A stretch of DNA of 61,206 nt, the filler included, from Vannella sp. (lineage: Eukaryota): NCBI GenBank assembly GCA_023345925.1. It is 6 parts of 6 records of this genome, joined end to end, with 100 filler letters (N's around TTAATTAATTAA, not from the genome) between each part and the next. Parts side by side here need not be neighbours in the genome. Positions count along the whole stretch, not along the records: positions 17,564 to 29,738 come from JAJQQN010000138.1; positions 29,839 to 39,232 come from JAJQQN010000817.1; 4 more parts are not named here. One strand, written 5' to 3'. Under the pieces are notes generated by a model. That model saw only the letters and a program-made list of their open reading frames with translations. It did not search any database and had not been told where the DNA came from. The translations under genes and the position numbers were made by a program. This document shows, one piece after another, positions 21,881 through 31,966 of this stretch (position 1 is its first letter; each line of letters starts with the position of its first letter).

Positions 21881-22903
21881 CTACAAGGCCAGGGCTTCGT
21901 TCGGTTCGACGTGGAAGACAAGATGAAGCAACTCAGGCTCGTTCTTCCTCACCTTGAGGACTTCACCACGGATGTTGAAGATGCCATCTAGGCGTGTATC
22001 GATCTGTCCTGACTTCATCATCCCCAGGCGCTGCTTGTTCCTGTCGTTCTGTACGGTGGTGTACGTGGATGATCCGTGTTCGTGCTCAATGCGACGGTAT
22101 TTGCCCTCTTCAAGGCTGAGACGCTCCAGGGGGTAGGGCAGACGTATCATTCGTTGGTAGATATCATCGTCTTCCTGTCCCCAGCCCCAGTACCTGAGAG
22201 AGAAGCCGTGGGCTTCAATGAAGTGCTGGTTGCGGGCAACGAAGGCTCCCCCGAGGAGCTCCAAGCCCCAAGACTCCACATAGGCTCTACAGAGATGCTT
22301 GGGACCGTCTGGGATGTGATAGTTGTTGCTAGGATGGGTGGGGAGATGGTCGACGTCATGGAAGACTGAATAGTCGCATCTGTCGTACCCTGCAGCGAAC
22401 CCAAAGTTGAACATCGACCCCTTGTTGAAGAGGAGTCCTTGATCTTGCTCTGCAACGATGAATGTGTGTTCTACACCGTGTCCTTCCAGCCACTTGGTTA
22501 GTTCGGGGATGAACTCCGCGAGTTGAGCCCAGCGGCCCTTCCCATTGCTGTACTCGTCCTCAGAGTCACGGAAGGGAATGATCACGCAGAGCCGGTGGTG
22601 GTTGCTGTCGATTCCTTTCCACTTTCTCTCCTCGTTGATGGAGTTGGCAAACACGGTGACAGAGCCCACTTCTGGTGTGAACAGGCGTTCATCTGGTGGT
22701 AACGGAGAGACACTGGGCGCAGGGGTCGGGGAGGCAGACGAAGACGATGACCACGTAGTAACAGGCACAAACGGAGCCACTGCCTCTGGGGAGCCCAGTC
22801 CCGAGGAGATCTTCGTTATCAAGCACACCGACAAGAACACCTGAAAGACCACCAGCCCCAAACACACCAACTTCATCCCCAACGTCAACCCAGAATGCCT
22901 CAT
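21881..22903 (-). CDS. GT7 family beta-1,4-galactosyltransferase-like type II membrane glycosyltransferase
   Basis: N-terminal TM anchor and Ser/Pro stem, then IIPFRD, FNKGSMFNFGF, FHDVDHLP (DxD) and YWGWGQEDDD. Intronless. Confidence 0.92.
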   Translation of the reverse strand: MRHSGLTLGMKLVCLGLVVFQVFLSVCLITKISSGLGSPEAVAPFVPVTTWSSSSSASPTPAPSVSPLPPDERLFTPEVGSVTVFANSINEERKWKGIDSNHHRLCVIIPFRDSEDEYSNGKGRWAQLAEFIPELTKWLEGHGVEHTFIVAEQDQGLLFNKGSMFNFGFAAGYDRCDYSVFHDVDHLPTHPSNNYHIPDGPKHLCRAYVESWGLELLGGAFVARNQHFIEAHGFSLRYWGWGQEDDDIYQRMIRLPYPLERLSLEEGKYRRIEHEHGSSTYTTVQNDRNKQRLGMMKSGQIDTRLDGIFNIRGEVLKVRKNEPELLHLVFHVEPNEALAL

Positions 22904-23048
22904 TTTGATTGGCTCTTTCAAAGAGGCGACAGATTGGGTGAAATGCAAGTTCGTTTGAATTGTGTTTTGGCCTTCATTCCAAGAGCCCAAAATTACACAA
23001 TTCATGGTGAAATGGATTTCTTTGGGCAGGAGAGCATTTCTTTGTGGG

Positions 23049-24231
23049 ATGGCGGAGGAGAGGGTGAAGGGGGTTCATAGTACGCTGGTGGGAGTGCGTG
23101 CGAACTTGCAAGAGTTGACTCGAGAGGTGTTGCGCATTCGGGAGACCTTTGCGGATGACTACCGAGATTTGGACCAAGCTGTAAAGCGCCTTTCCACCTT
23201 ACGGAAGATGTTCAAGGAGTGCCGAGCGGACGTAACTGCAGCCAAGAAGAAGGGATCGGATGTCACAGAGCATATGAAGGTGCTTGACGAGATCGGACCC
23301 GTTATTGACTCTTTGCGCCTCCGCCTCACACCAGCCACGGGCAGGTAGGCCTCTCCCTACTCTTGTCACATCCTTCTTGAGGACACATCTGACAAGTTAT
23401 GGTCTTAGTCTCTTCGTACGCCTCTTTCTTGGTCGAGTGAACGTGAAAGTCTACAAAGATGGAGAGCGGTTCCGCCTTAAGTCCGAGTACGAGAAGTTCC
23501 GGAGCCGAACGAACCCTTTTATCATCATTATGTGCCTCTTGCAACTCTACTTGCCGAGTAGGTGCTTCATTAAGGCTCCCTTTGTGCTCATCTCATTGTC
23601 GTAGGTTCGATATTAGCTCAGGGCTTGTTCCAGGTGTGGCTTCTGTACTACTACTGCACTCTGGCACTCCGAGAACAGATCCTGAGGGTGAATGGGAGCA
23701 ACATCAACAGCTGGTGGATCTTCCATCACTATTTAAGCATCATCTCCAGCGCGATCGTCCTCACTTGGCATCTGAACTGTCACTCGTACCAAGTAGGCGC
23801 TTACTATCCTCTCAAGAAACCTCCCTGCTAACCACAAGACCGGGTAGGAGTTCTACCCGCTCCTGATGCAGTTTGGCTTGTTCCAAGGGCTCGTCCAGAT
23901 CCTGATGAACCGCTACCAGATCGGAAGACTCTACAACCTCGTAGCCCGAGGCAAGGCCACCCGTATGGATGTCACAGCAGAGATAATGGACCAACGATTC
24001 GCTGTGTCCATGGGAGTGCTCCTTCCCTTCCTCATCGGCATGAACTGCTACCAGCTCTACATTGGATACGCCATGCTCTCCCACACGCACATGATGTATC
24101 CACACACGGAATGGCAAGCAGCAACGTTGGGGGCCCTCTTCCTCGTCTTCGCGGGAGGGAACATTTGGACCACTCTCGGCTCCTCCATCAAGAAGCTGCT
24201 GCAGCCAGTCCCTTCTGAACCAGAGGAATGA
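23049..24231 (+). CDS. TMEM120: TMEM120/TACAN family membrane protein, multi-exon
   Basis: N-terminal coiled coil, SLFVRLFLGRVNV, RFRLKSEYEKFR, QVWLLYYYCTLALREQILRVNGSNINSWWIFHHYLS, QILMNRYQIGRLY...GKATRMDV. Confidence 0.9.
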
Positions 24232-24306
24232 GAAGGCAGACCTCGTGAATGTACATAAAGCCGCCCCACACGAGCTTTCGCTCATTTTCTCTTCCGCTTG
24301 TCCTCG

Positions 24307-25769
24307 ATGAAGCGCAAGTCCAAGGACGAGGAGGCGACGGGGGCTGGAGTTAGCCATCAGGTAGGATGGCTTGGGTTCTTGATGGAGAGGGAGAGAGGGC
24401 CTTACAGGGGCAAGCAGAATGTCCCTCCGGTTGGGGCGGTGTTGGAGCTAAACAACCCCAGCAAGTGGCAGTCGTGGTGGGTGCGCCTTCGCTTGACCGT
24501 AGTGATGATCCTGGGCTTCGGTGTGATCATTTGGATTGGCCATTGGGGCTTAATCCTCTTCCTCCTCTTCCTTCAAATGGCCGGCTATCGCGAGCTTTCC
24601 AACATTCGCTCGCTAACTCTCTTCCCTAATGGGACCTCTCCTTATACTTCACCGTGGTTGGACATGTAAGGACCTCTGGAAGGGAGCTTGTGAGAGATAG
24701 AGGCTCTGACAGTGGCGCAGTTGCTTGTTCTTCACTCAGCAGTACTTCTTCTTCGGAGCTGCAGTGTTCTCTCAATTCGCTAACTTCTTTATGTATGCCG
24801 ACTCTGATCTACTTCGCGCGGTGGTCCAGCATCACTCACTTATCTGCTTCTCGCTGCTCATGGCTGTTATGGTGGCCTTTGTGGCCACTCTGGACCGCAA
24901 TGCCTACTTGCAACAGTTCCACTATGCAGTATGGACGGTCATGTCACTGATGATCTTGATCCCAGCCAACTTCCACGTCACAAACATCCTCCAAGGACTC
25001 TTCTGGTTCGTTCTCCCCGTTTCGCTGATCGTCTGCAACGACATTAGCGCGTACTTTTGGGGCTTCTTCTTTGGACGCCATCCACTTCTCCAGCTGTCCC
25101 CCAAGAAGACCTGGGAAGGCTTTATCGGCGCCTTCTTCTCAACTGTCGTCTTTGGCTTCTTCGTAAGGGGTCCCAATGGACCCAAACAGTTCATTCTGAC
25201 CATCACTTCGTAGATGGGGTGGTTCTTAGTCCAGTGGGACGTCTTCACGTGCCCTAAAACGACACTCCTCGGCGTGGGAACTTGCTTCAAGCACCCAGTC
25301 TTCGTCAAAACGCACTTCATGCTCCCCATGATCCTAAGTGAGTGGCTCAGTTACATTTGGGTTGATTGGGTGATGATCACACTCCGCCCTTCCCAACTGT
25401 ACGCGGTTATCTTTGCCATCTTCGCTTCCACCATCGCCCCCTTTGGTGGCTTCTTGGCCAGTGGCTTCAAGGTAACGCCAATGCATTCAGATCTAACTTT
25501 CCGCTAACCTATCCTCGAAGCGAGCCTACGGCTTCAAGGACTTTGGAGATCTCATCCCTGGCCATGGAGGGATTGTCGATCGGATGGATTGCCAGATCCT
25601 GATGGCTGCTTTCACCTTTGTCTTCTACTGGAGCTTTGTTGCCACATCTAATGGAGCTCTGACAGTGATGCAAACTGTCTCTGGCCTTCCACTTCATCAA
25701 CAATTGGACTTGCTCAATCGTCTTCAGGAGCTTCTGCAACCTGTAGTGGGCGATGCCCTCCTGCACTAA
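24307..25769 (+). CDS. CDS1: Phosphatidate cytidylyltransferase (CDP-diacylglycerol synthase), multi-exon
   Basis: CNDISAYFWGFFFGRHPLLQLSPKKTWEGFIGA and APFGGFLASGFK|RAYGFKDFGDLIPGHGGIVDRMDCQ. Confidence 0.95.
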
Positions 25770-25834
25770 TGTTCCCAAAAGCTATGCCAAGTAAATCACC
25801 AATCGGTTTACTCCCCATTGGGCCTGTTGGCGAC

Positions 25835-27761
25835 TTAGCCGTCCCTTCCGTGACCGGCACGGAAAATCCAAGTCCCCTTGGAAGGGTACGCCAATTCTGA
25901 GATGATGGCCTTGTAGATGGTCTCAGGAATTGGGGCGTCAAGCTGTTGCTTTGCAGCAACACTAATCTCTCTCTTAGTCACAGCGGGAGAAGCCTTTCCC
26001 TTGAAAACACTCAAGATAACATCCCGATACTGACTTGCAGTCAGTTTCCACACACCTGGACAGTAAGACACGTACCTTATTCCATGCTTCGTTGGGATGG
26101 ACTCGGAGGAAGTAGGCAGAGTGCAACTGGTCCGCCATTTGCCCCAACTTGGTCCGGAATCTTTCGTCCGGAACTTGGTCCAACTGGGAGTTCCCAGCTG
26201 AGATGGCCTTTTGAAGTTGGCTACGTAAGAAGGGAAGGTTGCACACTCCGAATTGAGCAAAGACCTCCGAAAAGAAGCCATCCAACGCTGGAACTGTTCT
26301 TTGTGTGAGAAATGGGCCTGCCAGTGAGCCCCAGCGCTCTGACAGTGACTTACGGTCAGACTTCTTGAACAATCGAGTAAGTTGGCGGTCCATCTCCTCC
26401 CAGGAAGACTGTGAACGAGCGGAGACTTCCGGATAACTGAGGGCGAATGTCGGATCGGCAGGGACCCGCAGCTTCCACAAGATCCGGTTCTTGGGCCGAT
26501 GGATGTCGACAACGTCTTCAAGATCACCAATTGTCTCGCTTTCGCACAAGGAATCGAAGATCTTGCGGAGATCTTGGTGGGAGGTTGGCACTATTCGCGT
26601 GATATCTCCTGGGAAGACGCCTTCCGGGCGCTTGTGAAGCTCGCTAAGGATCAGATCACGTACAGAGATGAGTCGATCACTGCCAGTGAAGGCGCGATCG
26701 TACTGGCTCTTGATGATCCACACTCCCTCTTGAAGAAGGGCGATCTCCTCCAAAGCAGTGATGAGTTCAGTGTCCTTGCAAGGGATACTGATAAGCTTTC
26801 GAATGCGTTGGAACTGCATCAGTGTCACAGACTTCATCAGCTGCTTGATCTGCAAGGATAAAGGAAGTTGCTGTCTAGTAGACTTGGAGCACACGCCGTA
26901 GGGGATCTTGGCAGCACTACTTTGCGTTGCTTCACCCACAACGTAGTCTAGGTAGCTTGTTCGGTTCATCGTGAAGGGCGCATCAAGCCCTTCCCCATCC
27001 CCAGAGACGAAGAAGAGTTGCTGCATCTTCTCAAAGGGCTCGAAGGAGCGATCAGGGTGACAGTATTGGAGAGGAATGAAGGGCTCCTCTTCAAACTCCT
27101 TCTGTCTGTTCGCGTAGGAGTTCTTCTGCCAGTTGCGGATGCGTTCTTGCTTGCGCGATTGGTACTTGACCGTCACTTTCTTCAGTTCTGCAGGAGGGAG
27201 CTCCCCTGTGTCATTATCTGGGTCCATTGCTACTACAGGGTTGACATGGGCAAGGGAGGGCCGCATCTGCAGGATCCCACCGCCGGTAGAGCGAACGGGG
27301 GCAGTCCCCGGCTCTTCTTCGCTCTCTGGTTCCGGCTTGGCGGAGGAGTCGAAGCGAGATAGAAGTGGATTCAGATGCAGCTGACCTTGATTGAGGATAG
27401 CGATGGCGTACGTAGCGCCCATTGGCTGCAGGGAGGACTCCAAAGTGAAAGTCTTACCCTCTGGCACCTGCTCTCCTCGATCGTGCATTGCTCGCTCCCG
27501 ATGTACCTGCTCCTGTGTTTTGGGCACATCAAACTTCATTTGGAGGAACTGCGACCGATCCTAGTCTCACCCACGTGAGCAAAGAGACACCTTGACCACC
27601 ACAACTCCCCCCACCTTAAACTGGGCCTTCCCATCCACCGGATAAGGATTCCACAACGAACGTAATGGATACTGTAACACGTACAGCTCCCCTGCAAGGG
27701 ATTGGTTGATGTAAACGTCGATCTCATCGACTACTTCGTCAACCTCAACCTTTGCGCTCAT
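25835..27761 (-). CDS. POLR3E: RNA polymerase III subunit RPC5/C37; 3 exons
   Basis: N-terminal VVDEIDVYINQSLAGELYVLQYPLRS, then YAIAILNQGQLHLNPL, ILQMRPSLAH and LLQEGVWIIKS, as in Sin/RPC5 proteins. Confidence 0.85.
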
Positions 27762-28068
27762 TCCAAATAACCTCTTGCCTTGTCTGGTGATTTCCTGATG
27801 ACCAACATCACTTCAAGAAAAATTGATCGCAAGACTCCCTCCGCAAACGAAAACACCAACTTGCCCTGATGACCTCCATCTCTTCAGGATAAGCTTTTAG
27901 ACTGATTTCATTTTTTCACTTTTTGGCTGCTTCGGGGAGCCAAACAAGGGGAAATGCCCCCCGCCGCTCGTGACTTTTTGGGGTTTGGTTGCAAAGGGCG
28001 CAAATGAGAGAATTGGTTGTCATTAGGTGCCCCCTTGCGCATAGTTACCCCATTGGCCAGCCAACGAG

Positions 28069-29207
28069 ATGAATGCGTCAGTGCAAAGTGCTGATGATGG
28101 AAGCATCCCGGGTGTTTCTGTGAGCGAGAAGCAGCAAACGTATGCATTTTGGCAGTCGTACAACATGGACAAGTACTACGAGAGCGTAGAGGCCTTTACG
28201 TTCCGAACTCTGTTCATTGCCATCAGCCAGGAAGATGTGCGGGCGCTTTTGAGCTTCTTTACTCATCCTGAGCGATTAGATCCACAACAGAAGGCTCTCC
28301 TTGATGCTCTTAGTCGTAAAATGGACCAGGGGATCGCTCAGGTAGGAGGAGAAGCCTTTGCCAAGCTCTCATCTCGCAGCCCAAAGGATGCTGTGGACAA
28401 GTTTCCCGAGTTAATGCTTCCCATCCTCCGTGAGCAGCTCCAACTGTTCCCAAACACAGATGCAGGAGAGTATCTGGCCATGCGCTACTCTCTCATGCTT
28501 GCTATGCGCGTTAAATCAGCTCACGAAGCTCTACGCCTGTTCTCCTTCTCTTCCAGGATCATTTCTGACTTTCAACGCGTAAGAAGAACATGCTCATGCT
28601 AAAGGAGAGTCCCTAACAGGTCGTATCAACTCAGGACTTGAACTTCCACGGGCAGGAATGGAATCAATCCGTTGTTCTCCGCGAGTTCTCTCCGATTCCC
28701 TTGCAAGGTGAGCTGGCTCCTATGAAAGTAAAGATATACAGCTCACAAATGGTCCTAGGGGAGCTGAGAGCCTTCGTATACAAGCGAAAACTGACCGCCT
28801 TGTCCCAATACTATTCAGAATGTTTCTTTCCCACTTTGGAGAGAGACCAAAAGGAGATCGTTGAACGCGTTCATGCGTTTCATGACGCTTTGGAGAAGGT
28901 GCTGGCGAGCTCCATGGAATCTTACATTATTGACTTGGTGGTGCATGTGGATCATCCAGAGGAAGCCAAGCATTCAAGTGGCGTTACGTTGGTGGAGCTC
29001 AATCCTTGGAGTGATCAGACAGGTAGTGCCTTGTTCTCCCGGGATGCAGACTGCTCCATTCTCCATGGGGAGTCTCCCTTTGAATTCAGGTTCCGCACGG
29101 AGGCGCCGCCCCTTCGCGCCGGCGGATCTTGGCAAGCTCTCATCTGTCAAGCAAAGACTCAAACCTATCCCACAGTAGTAGAAGACAAACCTTGCCTTGT
29201 CATGTAG
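28069..29207 (+). CDS. Cdc123/D123-like (R2K clade) ATP-grasp protein with C-terminal CaaX; 3 exons
   Basis: AFAKLSSRSPKDA, SSRIISD, VVLREF, ELRAFVYKRKLTALSQYY, YIIDL, LVELNPWSDQTGSALF; ends CLVM-stop. Introns at about 28579-28634 and 28708-28757. Confidence 0.82.
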
Positions 29208-29738
29208 CTCGCCAGACAGGAGCGAGCGGAGAGATGCCTATCTGAGGAGGATCAAGCCACAAGTTACTCACAAGAGTCAATCATCCAACTGACCCTATCT
29301 TTGTTAAATTCTACTTCACTGGCTCATTGCGGTCCCTCCAACTGATTTCTAAGCAATGAATCTGGTTTCTGGAGAGGGACTTGAAGAGACCTTCCGAGAT
29401 ACCTTGATGCCTGCTAAAGCCCCGAATGGTCGTATCCTTCCCACTCTTCTAGTGTACACTAGCAAGAAGAGTGGTCGACCAGATGAGCCAGGCTTCCCTC
29501 AAGAGAAAATTCACGAGTGAAGTGATGGAGGTCATTCAGGACACTCTACGAAAACACGAGTTTCGGAACCCTCTTCCCCTGCTTACTAAAGATCCTGCAA
29601 CAAAGAGTGCATCAGCTCGACAGATTAAGTCCGAATTTGGATCGTGGCCCCCCTCGTTTTCATTGTAATTTGGCCCCCTCGGACCGAGACCCGGGTGTAT
29701 TTCATGACGCTTGCTGCATATGAATAGAGAGAATACAC

Positions 29739-29838
29739 NNNNNNNNNNNNNNNNNNNNNNNNNNNNNNNNNNNNNNNNNNNNTTAATTAATTAANNNNNN
29801 NNNNNNNNNNNNNNNNNNNNNNNNNNNNNNNNNNNNNN
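29739..29838. other. Artificial contig spacer
   Basis: N44-TTAATTAATTAA-N44. Confidence 0.98.
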
Positions 29839-31163
29839 CTGATGAGTAGCAGCAATTCTAGTAATTCTAAACAACGTCTACAGGTACTCGAACAGTCCCA
29901 AGATGGATTTTGGATCTCGGAGATGTCCAACTTTCGCTTCTTCGCGGGCGCCGTTCTCCACGAGGAGGGAATGAGCTCCCATCTTGAGGGCTTGGCCGTT
30001 AACTACACCGTACATCAGCCCATTGGCGTTACAGGACTTATCTCTCCATGGTATAGATGCTCCCTCTTCAACACACTCTTTAACCTGACGCCTCCTTGCG
30101 ACAGGAATCTCCCTATCTACTTGCTCACGTGGAAGATAGCCCCAGCTATTGCCACTGGCAATACCTGTGTTTGTAAGCCCTCGGAGGTCACGTCATTAAC
30201 GGCCTGGATGCTTTGCCAGACCATCCACGAGGCGGGTGTACCTCCTGGAGTGGTTAACATGGTCTTCGGACTCGGTTCTACTGCTGGCCACGCACTCTGT
30301 GTCCATCCCCAAGTCCCTCTCATCTCGTTCACTGGTGGCACAAAGACAGGAGAGATCATCACGCGGTCTACAGCCCCGTTCCACAAAAAGCTGTCCCTCG
30401 AACTTGGCGGGAAGAACCCCGCCATCATCTTTGCCGACTGTGACTTGGCTGACTGTGTAGCCACCACAGTTCGCTCCTCTTTCACGAACCAGGGCGAAGT
30501 GTGCCTGTGCAACTCGCGCATCTTTGTGGAGGAATCCATCTTCGACACCTTCTTGGCCCAATTCGTTGCAGCCTCTCGCTTGTTGGTTGTTGGAGACCCA
30601 AAGGCTTCTGGTACAACAACAGGGCCTCTAGTGAGTAAGGAGCACATGGAGAAGGTCCTATCGTACGTCCAGTTGGCCAAGGAGGAAGGAGGCACGTTTG
30701 CTCTTGGAGGGGACCAGCCCAGCTTTCCCGAGGACAGTCCCCTTTCAAAAGGCTACTTTGTGAATCCTACTATCGTCACTGGCCTTCCTCCTTCGTCTCG
30801 ATGCCAGCAGGAAGAGATCTTCGGTCCCATCGTTACCGTTTGGCCGTTCAAGACAGAAGAAGAGGTTCTGGGGTATGCTAACGGAGTAGAATACGGGCTC
30901 TCCTCTTCTGTATGGACAAAGGACATCAAGCGAGCCCATCGGATTGCTCTTGGGGTTCAAGCAGGAACTGTTTGGGTCAATTGTTGGCTTCTTGTAAGTC
31001 CCCTTCTTGCGATGCCGACTTGTCGTTGCTAATAACCTCATAGCGCGACCTCCGTTTCCCCTTTGGAGGGCAAAAGGCCTCTGGAGTTGGCCGTGAAGGA
31101 GGAAAGTTCTCTTTGGACTTCTTCACGGAAGCCAAGACCATTTGCATCAAATACTCTTCTTGA
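29839..31163 (+). CDS. Aldehyde dehydrogenase, ALDH8A1 / 2-aminomuconate semialdehyde dehydrogenase-like, 5'-partial
   Basis: ISPW|NLPIYLLTWKIAPA, FTGGT, LSLELGGKNP, catalytic NQGEVCLC, EEIFGP, VWVNCWL|RDLRFPFGG, GREGGKFSLDFF. Confidence 0.92.
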
Positions 31164-31269
31164 TGGTCCTCCTGGCAATACAGCTCGCTTCTTTCTTGTT
31201 TGCTGCTTGTGATGGCATCATCGGAGTGCACTCGTGAGCTTTCATTATTCTTTGTCGCTCCTTCGAGTC

Positions 31270-31722
31270 ATGAGAGTCGCTCCCTCCGTCTGCAAGGTCG
31301 CTATTCTGTTTCTTCTGTTAGTAGGAAGCTTTGGATTGGTTCTAGTGGGCCCGAGCTGTTCTATTGACGATGATTGCCCTCAAAATGAGTTCTGTGAGTA
31401 CGCTCTTGGCGATTGCGATGGCCTTTCGGGCTTCTGTACTGTTATTCCCTCCACCTGTGAAGAAGATAGCTCCCCGGATGCTCCTGTATGCGGGTGCAAC
31501 GGGGTTATGTACCCGAACCCTTGTGAAGCCCAAGCTGCCCTTGAATCTCTCCTCTCAGAAGAGCCCTGCATCGGATACACGGCCACCACTGGAACTGCAA
31601 CATACGTTAACTACTACGACGGCAATGGAGGCAAGAGCAGCGGCAACAACGAGGACAAAAATAGCGCCTCCCTTATGGCTTTCAGCATTGCTGTCTATCT
31701 GACCCTCCTCGTAGCACTTTGA
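31270..31722 (+). CDS. Small secreted Cys-rich Kazal-like protein with putative GPI-anchor signal
   Basis: Signal peptide, CSIDDDCPQNEFC, PVCGCNGVMYPNPCEA (Kazal-like), and terminal NSASLMAFSIAVYLTLLVAL with no cytoplasmic tail. Confidence 0.75.
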   Translation: MRVAPSVCKVAILFLLLVGSFGLVLVGPSCSIDDDCPQNEFCEYALGDCDGLSGFCTVIPSTCEEDSSPDAPVCGCNGVMYPNPCEAQAALESLLSEEPCIGYTATTGTATYVNYYDGNGGKSSGNNEDKNSASLMAFSIAVYLTLLVAL

Positions 31723-31966
31723 TAGATCCCCCTCAACACACCAGTTACTATAAACCACTCTTTCCTCCCATCGCTCCTCCAGACACTCCGCTCTGGCACA
31801 ATAAACGGGCGTGCACCAACGGTCAAATCTCAAGAAGCTTCCCAAAGCGTTCTTTCCCTTCCAAGTCAATGAAGGAACACCACAGAGCTCCTTGTATCCC
31901 TATTCAATGAGCTGCAGCCCTTCCCTTTGCCACTATTTAGCGGGATTACGCGGGTGGGGGTCTCCG

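Noticed and set aside
27795..27906. Two cctgatgacc motifs and a downstream CTGA resembling a C/D snoRNA
   Set aside because: The C boxes are imperfect and I could identify no terminal stem or rRNA-complementary guide. It lies in a divergent promoter region and would need an Infernal/snoscan run.
29208..29738. Short ORFs after the ATP-grasp gene
   Set aside because: Under 70 aa with no motifs and no convincing splice model.
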